A DNA stretch of 64,000 nucleotides. Origin: a virus. Lineage: Duplodnaviria > Caudoviricetes. The stretch's first letter is position 1. Every line of letters begins with the position of its first letter. Made by a program: the position numbers and the translations under genes. The stretch lies in the IMG/VR virus record IMGVR_UViG_3300021426_000064, positions 64,001 to 128,000 of that record, one strand, 5' to 3'. Of the stretch, positions 30,740 to 41,512 are shown piece after piece. Under the pieces are notes generated by a model that was not told where the DNA came from, searched no databases, and worked only from the letters and a program-made list of their open reading frames with translations.

Positions 30740-32508
30740 AGATATACCCATCCCCGCATGTTGTGCGGGCTACAAAAAAACCGGGCTTTTTAGACATCCC
30801 ACTTTCTCATGTTGAAAAAGAATTTCATCCGGAAAGAATTATCACGGAAATATCCTCGGACTTTGCGGTAAGCAAAAGCGAGTATATAGCTCCGTACCAG
30901 TGGTTCACAACCAACAAGTTTATTGCGTTTAACGAAGATAAGCAGGTGGCAGAACTGCCGCTGCGATACAACAACCATAAGTATACCTACGAACCGGCAG
31001 GATACAAAGAGTTTATGCCGGAAACATTCGATTTCTCCTTTATGGCAAAAAGAGATGATTCCTACTCCAGTATAGAAGACTATGACTTGAAAGTGGGTGT
31101 GTATGACCAGGTAGGCGCAAAGGATTTTGCATCGCAGTTAATGGCGATTTTTGGCGACGCTTCGTACAGAGGTGTGTCGCCGGCCAATGTAAAGGTCAAT
31201 GGGCGGGATAAAAATCCGGAAAAGCTGCTCGTTAAAAATACAGAGAATCTCGACTGGCTCATTGTACAGACAAAGGATGCTGTAACCACAAAAGATGGAA
31301 GCGTTGCTGCTATAAACTATAGCGACCTTATGAAAACAGGTTGCAATATATGGGTTACGCTTTCCGATGAGGGAATGAGCGCGTTTATGAAAAAGAGCGA
31401 AGCCCCATATAAGCTAAAGGCAAAAGATATTGGTTTGAACGAACTGGGGGGAGAGAGAGAATATCTGTTTACCAGTAGTTATTCGTACCAAGCCAAGACA
31501 AATAATGATTATGATGGACTAGACGCAGGGCAACTCAAGATTATACTGGATGGGCGAATAAATTCCCCGATAATCATTCTTGAGAAAAATGCGCGAGGGT
31601 ATATTGTTATTTCCCACGAAAGAATGTTCTCGGAAAAAGTGCTTAAATATCACGCCTCATTCATTTACAATATTTTGGTATCCGGCTACTTAAAGGGGTA
31701 TGTGTTTACTCAGAATAAAGAGCTATGGATAACAAATGATGTAGTGGACTATATGGGGTCGGTAAAAACACCGCTCAGAAAAACACATCCCAGTGTCAAT
31801 ACGCAGGACATGATAAATGGACGGGCAAAAAAATTTAGCATAGCAGAGTATACTATCAGCAAACCGGACGTAATGCTCGAAACGATTGATACTAATGGCA
31901 ACGTGCATTTTAACAAGATACTGACAACGGATCCGAAAAGACAGAACGGCGAGGTGTCGGTGTATACGACACAGGGCACAGTTATGTTCTATAAGCAGGA
32001 TGAATATCTGCTAGTAGAAGATGAGGTGCATTTCTTTTCCGAGATTGACGACGAAGAAAACTGTTATGTAACCATAGAGCCTTTTGTTTCGTCAAGCAAT
32101 AGGCTGGTTGTAAGTCGGCCAAAGAAAATGAAGATTGAACATCTTGATATTCAGTATGATGTTTATGTGCTCCCAATTGGTATGGATGGCGAATCAGAAG
32201 TTATGCTGATTGAACATAGCAAGTGGAAAACAATGGGAGCGGCAGTAAAAGTTGCCAGCATTCATGTGGAGTTTCAAGGGGAGCCGGCAGCCTACGACAT
32301 TCGGTTGTTGGGCGGCGGGTTACCATCAGAATATACAGACTACGAAATGATGGATATCGGTCACGTTAAAGGCAGGCCGTATCGTGTAGGCGTAGCAGCT
32401 GTAATAGAGCTCCCTAAAAAGTATCAGATTTATGACGAACGCATTAAAGAATCTGTAGACCGCTATAAAGTGGCTGCAGACCAAATGTACGTAACCTATA
32501 AGGATTGA
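30736..32508 (+). CDS. Putative structural protein; start possibly CTG 30736 (ORF-track start GTG 30763)
   Basis: Long ORF; strong RBS AGAAAGGA lies 9 nt before an in-frame CTG overlapping the previous TGA. Confidence 0.65.
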   Translation: MKIYPSPHVVRATKKPGFLDIPLSHVEKEFHPERIITEISSDFAVSKSEYIAPYQWFTTNKFIAFNEDKQVAELPLRYNNHKYTYEPAGYKEFMPETFDFSFMAKRDDSYSSIEDYDLKVGVYDQVGAKDFASQLMAIFGDASYRGVSPANVKVNGRDKNPEKLLVKNTENLDWLIVQTKDAVTTKDGSVAAINYSDLMKTGCNIWVTLSDEGMSAFMKKSEAPYKLKAKDIGLNELGGEREYLFTSSYSYQAKTNNDYDGLDAGQLKIILDGRINSPIIILEKNARGYIVISHERMFSEKVLKYHASFIYNILVSGYLKGYVFTQNKELWITNDVVDYMGSVKTPLRKTHPSVNTQDMINGRAKKFSIAEYTISKPDVMLETIDTNGNVHFNKILTTDPKRQNGEVSVYTTQGTVMFYKQDEYLLVEDEVHFFSEIDDEENCYVTIEPFVSSSNRLVVSRPKKMKIEHLDIQYDVYVLPIGMDGESEVMLIEHSKWKTMGAAVKVASIHVEFQGEPAAYDIRLLGGGLPSEYTDYEMMDIGHVKGRPYRVGVAAVIELPKKYQIYDERIKESVDRYKVAADQMYVTYKD

Positions 32509-32518
32509 GGCATTTTGA

Positions 32519-34480
32519 ATGATAGAGAACAAACTAAAAGTTATTGACTTCTCTGCAGCCCTGCGGTCAGAACCTCTGAACTACAACTTTGACATTGTTA
32601 AAGGTTGGGTAGATCGGGAAAGGCTCAGGACTGGCGGATACGGGCTGGTTGAGGGTTTTGACATTTCCTATGCGGGAAATTACTTTGTGGATATCAGCGA
32701 AGGTATTCTGATTGACCGTGTTGGCGAGGAAATTATCGTACCGGCTACGAGAATTCAGTTTGCTCCGCCAACATACGAGAAGATTATGGAGCGGGTACAG
32801 GTTTCCGACGATGGCGAAATCCTGCTGAAGTATTGTCCATATTCTCCGAGCGCAGAGGGACTAATCTCCGTCAATGCATATCGGGCGACAAACTATAAAA
32901 CAGAAGAACTGGTTATTAGCGACCCTAGTGGTACATTAGGAAACCTGAAGCCGATTAACGTAGACGGTCGGAAGGTGGGCGTAACCACAAGATCCGCAGG
33001 ACTCATTGTTGAGGTGGAGTATTTTTACTGCAATGACCGTATCGATGCGATTATGATTAATGACCAAGCGCAGTACAGCACGGAGTTTGGCATTAACGCG
33101 GAGTCGCCAAGTGTGGCGAATATTGATTTGGGGCCACGCTTTTTAATCGCTTTTGCCCATTGGATTGTTGGTGAGACGATTGATGTAGAGTTTATTGTTG
33201 ACGAAAGAACGTATCGCAAGGTTTACGTCGACAAGCTGAACAGACTCTTCTTAAATGGCAAGCTTTATCAGGAACCCAAGTTTATCTATTTTGTTGAACC
33301 GGAATTCCCTGAAGAAAACGATGTTTGGTATGACTACAAGAGCAATACACTGAATATCTGGTCGCAGAACGGTGGTGTGTGGGGCTGGAGAATTATGAAT
33401 GACTTCACTAATGTGCCATTGCGCAGCGTAAAAATGTGGACGGAGAAAGATTTCCCCAGCGATGCACAGACGTTTTTGTTTAAGGATGACGAAACGAATT
33501 TCCGATATATCCCTAACACAAACGCTCTGGAAATCATAATCGACCAGCAAACCGTAATGAAAGACCAGTTTACGGAAGTGGTGCAGGCCGGGGCGAAGCC
33601 GTACCTGTCCTCTGGTATCGGCTTCAAACTGATTGAGCCCCTGGATAGACCGACAGTCGTGCAGTGTATTGTTCATCATGTGGTGAAGAACGCGCCACTT
33701 AGAAATGTATTCCAGCGGGCGGCTATATTTACGACGGAGAATTTCTTCCCCTATAACGCGACGGCAAATCCTCAAAAGATTTTCATCACAGATTTGCCAT
33801 ATGTAATTAAGGCAACGCAGCTTGAAGTATTTCTTGAAGGTAGGCGGCTTACCCGCGACGTTGATTTTGCTGAAATGGTGACTAACGAGAAAAACGCCAC
33901 GGATGCAGATAAGGATAAGACGACAAAATATTTCCGGATCATGTGCAATATTGCGGATGGCCAGCGAATTTCATATAAGATTTCGCGTTATGTTTGGAGC
34001 TATGACCAACTTAACGAGATGATGGATGAAATTGAACAGAAGGCCGATAAGGCGCTAAAGAACACAGCAGCCTTAAACGATAAAGTCGATACGATGTCAA
34101 GTAACATTGGCACGGTATTAGATTCGCTTAAGGGGCGCTTGCAGCAAGCAGAAGAAAAGCTTGATACATTGAAGGATTATCGGAAGACTGCAGAAAAGAT
34201 CAAGCTTGCAGATTTGGATAGCGATCTGCGTAAGAGTCTCGTAAAATCGCGCGCGCAGCTTGTATTCAATGCTTCTAACGTTGACAACATTATAAATGAT
34301 TGCAAGAAGGAAGACTACGTAAGTATAGTCTGTGTCAATAGCGAAGGAATAACACCTCTTAACGAGGACTCTGAATACAGCCTTACTTACAACAACGGTA
34401 AGGCCACAATAGAACTGGAGTCTGAATGGATGTCTCCAGACAATACTTTGTATGTAAACATCATCCGTATAGGGCGATGA
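32519..34480 (+). CDS. Putative tail/baseplate-fibre adaptor protein
   Basis: 653 aa; GYGLVEGFDI...ISEGILID N-terminus, LEVFLEGRRL domain, C-terminal coiled coil. Confidence 0.6.
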   Translation: MIENKLKVIDFSAALRSEPLNYNFDIVKGWVDRERLRTGGYGLVEGFDISYAGNYFVDISEGILIDRVGEEIIVPATRIQFAPPTYEKIMERVQVSDDGEILLKYCPYSPSAEGLISVNAYRATNYKTEELVISDPSGTLGNLKPINVDGRKVGVTTRSAGLIVEVEYFYCNDRIDAIMINDQAQYSTEFGINAESPSVANIDLGPRFLIAFAHWIVGETIDVEFIVDERTYRKVYVDKLNRLFLNGKLYQEPKFIYFVEPEFPEENDVWYDYKSNTLNIWSQNGGVWGWRIMNDFTNVPLRSVKMWTEKDFPSDAQTFLFKDDETNFRYIPNTNALEIIIDQQTVMKDQFTEVVQAGAKPYLSSGIGFKLIEPLDRPTVVQCIVHHVVKNAPLRNVFQRAAIFTTENFFPYNATANPQKIFITDLPYVIKATQLEVFLEGRRLTRDVDFAEMVTNEKNATDADKDKTTKYFRIMCNIADGQRISYKISRYVWSYDQLNEMMDEIEQKADKALKNTAALNDKVDTMSSNIGTVLDSLKGRLQQAEEKLDTLKDYRKTAEKIKLADLDSDLRKSLVKSRAQLVFNASNVDNIINDCKKEDYVSIVCVNSEGITPLNEDSEYSLTYNNGKATIELESEWMSPDNTLYVNIIRIGR

Positions 34481-34506
34481 CTGGTTTAGAGGGGTAATAT
34501 TGGAAT

Positions 34507-34956
34507 ATGAAAAAACCTTCAATAACATGGTTTGTGCGGCGAGACCCAGAAGATAGTTATGAGGAAACAAGTGACTTCTATGCAGGGTCGTACAACCAGG
34601 AAGATAGCCTGGAAATAGAGTTCATGGTTTGGAATAACCGATACGGTACAGAAAGAGTGTCTGACCTTAAAGACTTCGGCGTGACTGTTTCGTTTGATCA
34701 CGAGGAAGACAGCACTCTGTTGAAATATTGTCAATTTTTATTAAATGGCGGATACTATCTTATCCCGGAAGTAAATGGCAATGAAGCGACGGTTCAGTTC
34801 CCGAAGGATATAGTGCTTAGTGGCGCTGTTAACAATGGGGAATTGGGTAGCACAGATAACTACCTGACGCTTAAGATGATATTAACCGTGCCGGCCAGCA
34901 AAAAGCTGAAAATGAATGATATTAAAGGCATGACGTTTAATGTAACAAACTTATAA
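34507..34956 (+). CDS. Hypothetical (likely structural) protein
   Basis: 149-aa ORF with RBS in the operon. Confidence 0.7.
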   Translation: MKKPSITWFVRRDPEDSYEETSDFYAGSYNQEDSLEIEFMVWNNRYGTERVSDLKDFGVTVSFDHEEDSTLLKYCQFLLNGGYYLIPEVNGNEATVQFPKDIVLSGAVNNGELGSTDNYLTLKMILTVPASKKLKMNDIKGMTFNVTNL

Positions 34957-34961
34957 AGGGG

Positions 34962-37904
34962 ATGCAGTTTTTGAGTAAAACTACAATTGGTTTTAGTGAT
35001 AATAAACAGAATATCGGCGGTGTCAGTATCATCGACAAATACATAGCTGACAAAAAGCTGACGGATTTGGATTTGCGCTTGGCGGCAGAAGGTATGCCCA
35101 AGACACTTAATCAGAAAACATTGGCATATGATCCCGCAAGCGGCCAGATTTATATCGGCGATAGCGCAGGCAAACCGATTACGGTTTCGAACATCAAAGT
35201 TATTGTGTCCATGGATGAACTGCCTGCAACCGGCGTTGACAATGTTTTGTATGTTGGCCTCAATGAGAAAGCATTTGCGGTTTGGGACAGCAGCAACAAC
35301 GCCTGGGTTAAAATGGCTTCGGATGGCTCCGGCAGTGCTGTATTGGATAAATCGGTAGAAGTATATCCGACAAAAGCAAATTTCCCGCTCGAAGGTAAGA
35401 AAGATAAATTATATATCACAAACGATGCGAAATGTTACTTCTTTGCCGACGGTGAATACAAGCCCATGTTTGAGGGTAAGGCAGACACCTATACAAAAGC
35501 AGAGGCAGATGCTAAGTTTATTCAGGCTGCAGTTTTGGATAAAAAGGCAAATGCTGCTGACGTATACAGTAAAGCAGATGTGGACAGCTTGCTTGAAAGT
35601 GTACAAGGCGTAAAGGGTGACCGCGGTGAACAGGGCCTGCAGGGTGAACCCGGTAAGGACGGCGCTCCTGGTAAAGATGGTAAGGATGGCGTAGACGGCA
35701 AGAATGGCAAATCGGCCTATGATATTGCGGTTGAAAATGGGTTCGGTGGCAACCAGACTGCATGGCTGCAGTCATTAAAAGGCGAGACTGGCGATAAAGG
35801 CGAAACCGGTGTACAGGGGCCCCAGGGCGAAAAAGGTGACACCGGCGCGCAAGGCCCGAAAGGCGATACGGGTGCTCAAGGACCTAAAGGTGATAAGGGC
35901 GATACCGGAGCACAAGGACCTCAGGGCGAACAGGGTAAACAAGGTTTGCCAGGTGTTGACGGTGTAGATGGTAAAGATGGCAAAGACGGAGCAGAAGGAA
36001 AATCTGCTTACGAAATTGCTGTGAAAAATGGTTTCGATGGTACTGAACAGGAATGGTTAGACTCCCTTAAAGGTGTAGACGGTGTTCAAGGCCCGAAAGG
36101 TGAGCAAGGTATTCAGGGTGTTCAAGGCGAACAGGGTGCTCAGGGTATTCAGGGTGAAATTGGTCCGCAGGGTCCGCAAGGTGAAGTTGGCCCGCAGGGT
36201 GAGAAAGGCGCTGATGGTAAATCAGCTTACGAGATTGCTGTAGCAAACGGCTTCGTTGGTTCCGAATCAGACTGGCTGGCGTCCCTCAAAGGTGAAAGTC
36301 TTAATCCTGAAAGCTATTACAGCAAAGCCGAGGTTGACCAGAAAATTGCTGACGCTGCTGCAGGCGAAGAAGTAGACCTTAGCGGATATGCAAAGGCGGA
36401 TGCCCTGAATGATAAAGCTGACAAAAACGATGTTTATAGTGTTGCCGCCGCTGATGCTAAGTTTGCCACGATAAAAACGGTTGAAGAAAAACTTGCAGAA
36501 GTATCCACCATTAAAGGCGATAAGGGCGACCAGGGCGAAGTTGGTCCTCAAGGGCCGCAGGGTGAACAGGGCATCCAAGGTATTCAGGGTGAGCAAGGTG
36601 TTCAAGGGCCGCAGGGCGAAGCAGGCAAAGACGGTAAAGACGGTGCAAGCGGAAAAAGCGCTTACGAGATTGCCGTAGCTAATGGTTTTGTTGGTGGAGA
36701 AGAAGCTTGGCTTGAATCGCTCAAGGGCGAAAAAGGTGTCGACGGTAAAGACGGTAAAGATGGCGAACAAGGCCCGCAAGGTGAAGCTGGTGAACAAGGA
36801 CCGAAAGGTGATCCTGGACAGGATGGTCGTGATGGCGTAGACGGTAAGGACGGCCAGAACGGCAAAGATGGTAAAGACGGTAAGAGTGCCTACGAGATTG
36901 CTCAGGAAAATGGCTTTACAGGCACGGAAGCGGAATGGGTAGAATCCCTTAAAGGCGCAGACGCAGAGCCTGTAGATACCTCTAAATTTGCTCAGAAGTC
37001 TGATTTAGAAGGACTCGCAAAAGCCGAAGATATTCCCGACGTAAGCAACCTCGCTACTAAAGATGACATTCCTGACGTAAGCGTATTGGCTAAAAAGAGT
37101 GACATCCCCGATGTGTCTAACTTGGCTACTAAAGACGATATTCCTGACCTCACGGGCTATGCCAAGACCGAGGATATCCCTAAGCAGAAAACTCTGGCAG
37201 AACTCGGCGGCGTAACGCAGGCAGGCGTTGAGTCCATTATTCAGGCGAAAGATTTTACTTCTACTGATGTAGTACGTCAGATGATTGCCGATGCTATAGC
37301 AAAAGCTTTAAAAGATAATGAAAATAGCGGCGGCAGCGCTACTCCTTCTGACCCCACTCCAGCAGATCCCACTCCGACTACTCCAGATACACCGGCTGAA
37401 GAACCGAGCGATAGTGATTGGAAGTGGACGAAATATCTCGTAATGCCGGCTGGAACTACGGACATTACTGAAGACATGGATACCTTCTTCGGCGAGAAAT
37501 TTAACCACCCGGATGAATTCGTTGGCGCCGACATGGATATGAAAAATACCACAACTGAATTCCGCTTTATCGGAACCTTACGTTCTCGTCAGTCTGACAA
37601 GCCCGCTTATTTAGTTGACAGTATTGATCAGGCTCCTGCAATTGGTGTAGATTACAGCAAGAAGTTTAAAGACGGCATGAGAGTTCCTATCGATGGATTC
37701 GAAGACGAAGGAAAAGCCGCATTTGATGAAGCCCTCAAAGAAGAAAACATCATTACGACAGGTATCATGCAGTATGACGGAGAAGCGGTTTTGAACCTCA
37801 GCTACACCAGCGTTGCTTGTGACCAGTTGTATATGGTTCGTAAGATTAAAGACGGCAAGGTTATTCCTGAATTCTCGTTAGGAGAAAGAATTGACGGGAA
37901 ATAA
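34962..37904 (+). CDS. Collagen-like fibre protein
   Basis: Multiple G-X-Y tracts punctuated by 5 GKSAY(D/E)IA..NGF.G...W..SLKG modules, then DIPDVS repeats, a Pro/Thr linker and a C-terminal globular domain. Confidence 0.85.
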   Translation: MQFLSKTTIGFSDNKQNIGGVSIIDKYIADKKLTDLDLRLAAEGMPKTLNQKTLAYDPASGQIYIGDSAGKPITVSNIKVIVSMDELPATGVDNVLYVGLNEKAFAVWDSSNNAWVKMASDGSGSAVLDKSVEVYPTKANFPLEGKKDKLYITNDAKCYFFADGEYKPMFEGKADTYTKAEADAKFIQAAVLDKKANAADVYSKADVDSLLESVQGVKGDRGEQGLQGEPGKDGAPGKDGKDGVDGKNGKSAYDIAVENGFGGNQTAWLQSLKGETGDKGETGVQGPQGEKGDTGAQGPKGDTGAQGPKGDKGDTGAQGPQGEQGKQGLPGVDGVDGKDGKDGAEGKSAYEIAVKNGFDGTEQEWLDSLKGVDGVQGPKGEQGIQGVQGEQGAQGIQGEIGPQGPQGEVGPQGEKGADGKSAYEIAVANGFVGSESDWLASLKGESLNPESYYSKAEVDQKIADAAAGEEVDLSGYAKADALNDKADKNDVYSVAAADAKFATIKTVEEKLAEVSTIKGDKGDQGEVGPQGPQGEQGIQGIQGEQGVQGPQGEAGKDGKDGASGKSAYEIAVANGFVGGEEAWLESLKGEKGVDGKDGKDGEQGPQGEAGEQGPKGDPGQDGRDGVDGKDGQNGKDGKDGKSAYEIAQENGFTGTEAEWVESLKGADAEPVDTSKFAQKSDLEGLAKAEDIPDVSNLATKDDIPDVSVLAKKSDIPDVSNLATKDDIPDLTGYAKTEDIPKQKTLAELGGVTQAGVESIIQAKDFTSTDVVRQMIADAIAKALKDNENSGGSATPSDPTPADPTPTTPDTPAEEPSDSDWKWTKYLVMPAGTTDITEDMDTFFGEKFNHPDEFVGADMDMKNTTTEFRFIGTLRSRQSDKPAYLVDSIDQAPAIGVDYSKKFKDGMRVPIDGFEDEGKAAFDEALKEENIITTGIMQYDGEAVLNLSYTSVACDQLYMVRKIKDGKVIPEFSLGERIDGK

Positions 37905-37926
37905 TTAGAAAGGAGTTCATTTACTG

Positions 37927-38529
37927 ATGTATTCTCAAAATGACGAACCAACAAAAAGTTTTAATGAACTTCAGTCCGACATTCTAGGCGAAAAAATCAC
38001 CAACAATCCGTTGATGAAGGCCAGTAAAATGGTCGCCAAAAACAAAGCGTTAAACACTAAACAAAAAACAGTGATTAACGCAATCAACGAATTGCTTACA
38101 AATTTAGGAGGCTCACAAGCGCAGACCGAAAAAAGTTTAGCGCAAATGTATGATGTACTCGGCGATTTCGCTCAAAAACCCGAGTTAACTAATGAGCTTA
38201 CATCTCGCGGCGTAGAAACGGTTTTGGCCCTCGCCGCCAAAGCTTACGATGATGTGCAGGTTGTTAAGAATTTAGCTCAGGATGACTACGAAGATGTATT
38301 CCATATAGCTGAGGGACAAACTCAATCCGAGTTTGTCCTGACGCATAAGCCTATCGGGAAAATCCGTATGTATATAGATGGTATCCGGTACTTCCATGAA
38401 TGCATTGAGTATAGTCCTGATACAAATACGGTCAAGTGGGTTAATGACTCCTCTAAAGAAGAGGGGTTTGACATCACCGATGCTGATGTAGTTATTGAAT
38501 ACGATTACAGCGCGAGCGAAGAAGCCTAG
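37927..38529 (+). CDS. Putative structural/fibre-associated protein
   Basis: LNTKQKTVINAINEL motif common in phage fibre proteins; IRMYIDGIRY domain; RBS AGAAAGGAG. Confidence 0.65.
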   Translation: MYSQNDEPTKSFNELQSDILGEKITNNPLMKASKMVAKNKALNTKQKTVINAINELLTNLGGSQAQTEKSLAQMYDVLGDFAQKPELTNELTSRGVETVLALAAKAYDDVQVVKNLAQDDYEDVFHIAEGQTQSEFVLTHKPIGKIRMYIDGIRYFHECIEYSPDTNTVKWVNDSSKEEGFDITDADVVIEYDYSASEEA

Positions 38530-38538
38530 CAACTCGCG

Positions 38539-38827
38539 TTATTTAAAACTCGGAGGTTCGACACGACAAGGTTGGTGTACAACACCAATAAGTCACTGTT
38601 TTAGACCTCCGAGTTTTTTATATTATTTAAAGCTCGGAGGTTTGCAGTATTTGACCTCTGGTGTGAAAAGGCCTACAGAAATGTGGCGTATTGTCACAAC
38701 TACCTTGAGCTACGGCCGCACAATACGCTTTCTTCTATGGATTATCAAGAGTAGCGGGCGGCTATAGTTGGCATATCGTTATGGAAAACTCGGAGGTTCA
38801 GAAAAACTACCTCCGAGTTTTTTATAA
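38539..38827. repeat. Intergenic cluster of direct and inverted TTATnnAAAACTCGGAGGT repeats; candidate structured ncRNA or regulatory locus
   Basis: Direct copies at 38539-38558, 38623-38642 and 38779-38798; inverted copies at 38605-38622 and 38809-38827; additional internal hairpins. Confidence 0.85.
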
Positions 38828-38890
38828 TATCCGCCCCAAAGATAGTAATATTCGAGAAGATAATCTAACGTAGAAGCAAAGAAAGGATGG

Positions 38891-41461
38891 GTGGGCGCAT
38901 TGGCCACTACTACCCGCGGCATACGCAAGGTAAGCGAAAATATACTCAGTCATGGTAGAGCGATTATCGTAACTGAGAAAGATAAAAACAAGTACAAGTG
39001 GAGCGAAATCCCGGTAGGCTCCAAGTTCATAGATTCTGTTACCGGCATTGAAATGGTTAAGCTGGAGGGGGAAAGTGACTGGGTCCCCAAAGGCGTCAAA
39101 AACGACGGCACAATCAATGTTGTGAAAGATAGCCGTGTTAGTATCGAGACGTTTGTTATTAAACAGCTGGAAGTGCCAGGTACGAAACGGGAATTTACTT
39201 ATTATTATGACAGTCAAAAAGATGACGCACATGTTCGTCACGGTATCATCCTGTATAAGAACGCCATGGGGATGTGTGGTGAATATGGCCAGTACGGCAC
39301 GTATCCGACATGGACAGAATGTAAAAGATATTTAATTCTGGACAATAATGCGCCGGAGAACCAGTACAAAAACACACAAAGAGTAGGTTATGTGTTTAGC
39401 CTGGAGCGGGGTGATTACGCTATGTATCGCAACCACCTCAAGATCTCCATCGATGATGTGTTACATCGCACCGTTAAGTCTGGCGGCGTAAAAGAAGTTA
39501 GTGAAACCCGCTTCTGTCTTACAGAAGACCTGCTGGAAAATGGTATGGAGGTTACGGCGGAGTATATCCATGCTTTTAGATTAGGCAATCCATACCCGCG
39601 CACATTTATAAACCCGAACGAGCCGGACAAAACCGCTGCAGAAGTGGGCGATTTTTGGCTGGATACGGACGGTACGCTGGCCGACGATGACCCGCTGGGC
39701 GATTATATCGAAGATGACGGAATGATTGATTGGGCGCGCATTAGACCTAAGACCCGTCCAAAGTCTTTAGCTGGTTATGGCATCGAAGATAAAGTATCTT
39801 ATGTAGGGCATACTCATGTTCCCAAAGATGTCCTGGGCATTGAAAAAGTTAAAGTTGATAATGCTAGACATGCTGATACAGCCGACGTGGCTACGAATGC
39901 TGGTTATGCTACCAATGCCGGACATGCTTCTAGTGCAGATAAAGCTACTGACGCTACGAAAGCCGCAAATGCAGACAAGGCCGCGCTTGCTACAAGAGCT
40001 TTGAGCGCGGATAATGCTACTGAAGCAAAACACGCTGCTTCTGCTACCAAGGCCAATAGCGCAGACAACGCTTCGGAAGCTAACCATGCCGTTTCAGCTA
40101 ATAAGGCAAAAAATGCGGAAAATGCGGATGAGGCTAAGCATGCAGCTACAGCTTCTAAGGCTGATTTGGCCACTAAGGCTACAAACGCGGATAATGCTTC
40201 TGAAGCTAACCATGCTGCCACAGCTTCTAAGGCTGATAATGCTACGAAGGCTTCTAAGGCTGATAATGCTACATATGCCGACAAAGCGGGCAGAGCTGAT
40301 AAAGCTACCAATGCAGACAACGCAACTTACGCTGAAAATGCCAATAATGCTAAAGAAGCTACCCATGCGGCTACAGCTACTAAGGCAGATAGCGCGACAA
40401 AAGCAACTTCGGCAGATAGTGCTACGCGCGCTACCAATGCCGACAAAGCGGCAAACGCTGAAAATGCGAATGAAGCTAAACATGCTCTAAATGCCGATAA
40501 CGCCAAAGAAGCAAAACATGCCGCAACAGCAACTACGGCCGATAGTGCTGCCAAGGCGACCACAGCAAACACCGCTACAAAAGCAAATAGCGCTACAACG
40601 GCTGATATAGCAACTAGGGCATACAATGCCGACAACGCAAAAGAAGCTACCCATGCCGCTTCTGCAACTAAAGCCGACAACGCTACAAAAGCTACTAGCG
40701 CGGATAACGCTTCTTACGCGACTAAAGCAGGTACTGCAGATAGCGCAGCCAGAGCGACCAATGCCGACAATGCTGGAAGAGCCACGAATGATGGAAACGG
40801 AAATAATATTGCCAGCACATATGCGACTAAAAACGATTTAAATGCTACCAATAATCGCCTTAATGGGAAAGAGTTCGTTAAAAACGGAACTACTTCTAAA
40901 GCTATCTCCTTTAAATATGAAACAGAAAACGGTAAGAACGTCGTAGCTCCTTATGTAGATGGAGTAAAAATTCCTATATCTACTGCTGGAATACTGCATA
41001 AAGCACCTTTTTCATTTACTCCATTGATAGACTGGGCAACCATGGAAGCAAAAAGAAATGGCGGCGAGAAAGTAAAAAATATTGTCAATAATGGACATGG
41101 AGTTACAGCATACGGAGGGGACACTTCTTTTTCGTATCAGAAATCTGGCGGAGATGGCACTTATGGAGATATATTCCTAAAACAAAGTTATAAAAATTTT
41201 GATGTTATACTTATACATGGATGCAATGATGAGGGAAGCTATAATTGGTTTTCTGCGTGGGAAACGTGGCATTTACAGTATGCTTTTGAGCACTGCCAAA
41301 GGTTTGGCATAAACAAAGACGACACGTATAATGATCATTATTGGCAAGTTTTTGGATCTGTAAAGCATGGCACAAATAATTATACTCTTTCAACTGATAC
41401 ATTCTGGAGTTGCTATGATCAGAATTGCGGTATCATCGAAATATATGGATTAAAATTTTAA
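38891..41461 (+). CDS. Tail fibre protein with long Ala-x-x-Ala repeat shaft
   Basis: PKSLAGYGIED motif, ~300 aa of ADNA/ATKA/AKHA repeats, distinct C-terminal globular domain. Confidence 0.75.
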   Translation: MGALATTTRGIRKVSENILSHGRAIIVTEKDKNKYKWSEIPVGSKFIDSVTGIEMVKLEGESDWVPKGVKNDGTINVVKDSRVSIETFVIKQLEVPGTKREFTYYYDSQKDDAHVRHGIILYKNAMGMCGEYGQYGTYPTWTECKRYLILDNNAPENQYKNTQRVGYVFSLERGDYAMYRNHLKISIDDVLHRTVKSGGVKEVSETRFCLTEDLLENGMEVTAEYIHAFRLGNPYPRTFINPNEPDKTAAEVGDFWLDTDGTLADDDPLGDYIEDDGMIDWARIRPKTRPKSLAGYGIEDKVSYVGHTHVPKDVLGIEKVKVDNARHADTADVATNAGYATNAGHASSADKATDATKAANADKAALATRALSADNATEAKHAASATKANSADNASEANHAVSANKAKNAENADEAKHAATASKADLATKATNADNASEANHAATASKADNATKASKADNATYADKAGRADKATNADNATYAENANNAKEATHAATATKADSATKATSADSATRATNADKAANAENANEAKHALNADNAKEAKHAATATTADSAAKATTANTATKANSATTADIATRAYNADNAKEATHAASATKADNATKATSADNASYATKAGTADSAARATNADNAGRATNDGNGNNIASTYATKNDLNATNNRLNGKEFVKNGTTSKAISFKYETENGKNVVAPYVDGVKIPISTAGILHKAPFSFTPLIDWATMEAKRNGGEKVKNIVNNGHGVTAYGGDTSFSYQKSGGDGTYGDIFLKQSYKNFDVILIHGCNDEGSYNWFSAWETWHLQYAFEHCQRFGINKDDTYNDHYWQVFGSVKHGTNNYTLSTDTFWSCYDQNCGIIEIYGLKF

Positions 41462-41512
41462 TGTTTTTGTTTCCGATAATAATTAAATATGACAAGAAAG
41501 GTGTAATAAATT

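Noticed and set aside
38495-38767. 90-aa ORF over the repeat cluster
   Set aside because: Overlaps the previous gene, lacks an RBS, and its repeated LKLGG simply reflects the DNA repeat
38539-38827. Mini-CRISPR array
   Set aside because: Repeats occur in both orientations with irregular spacing (84 and 156 nt) and no uniform spacers; no cas operon in the window
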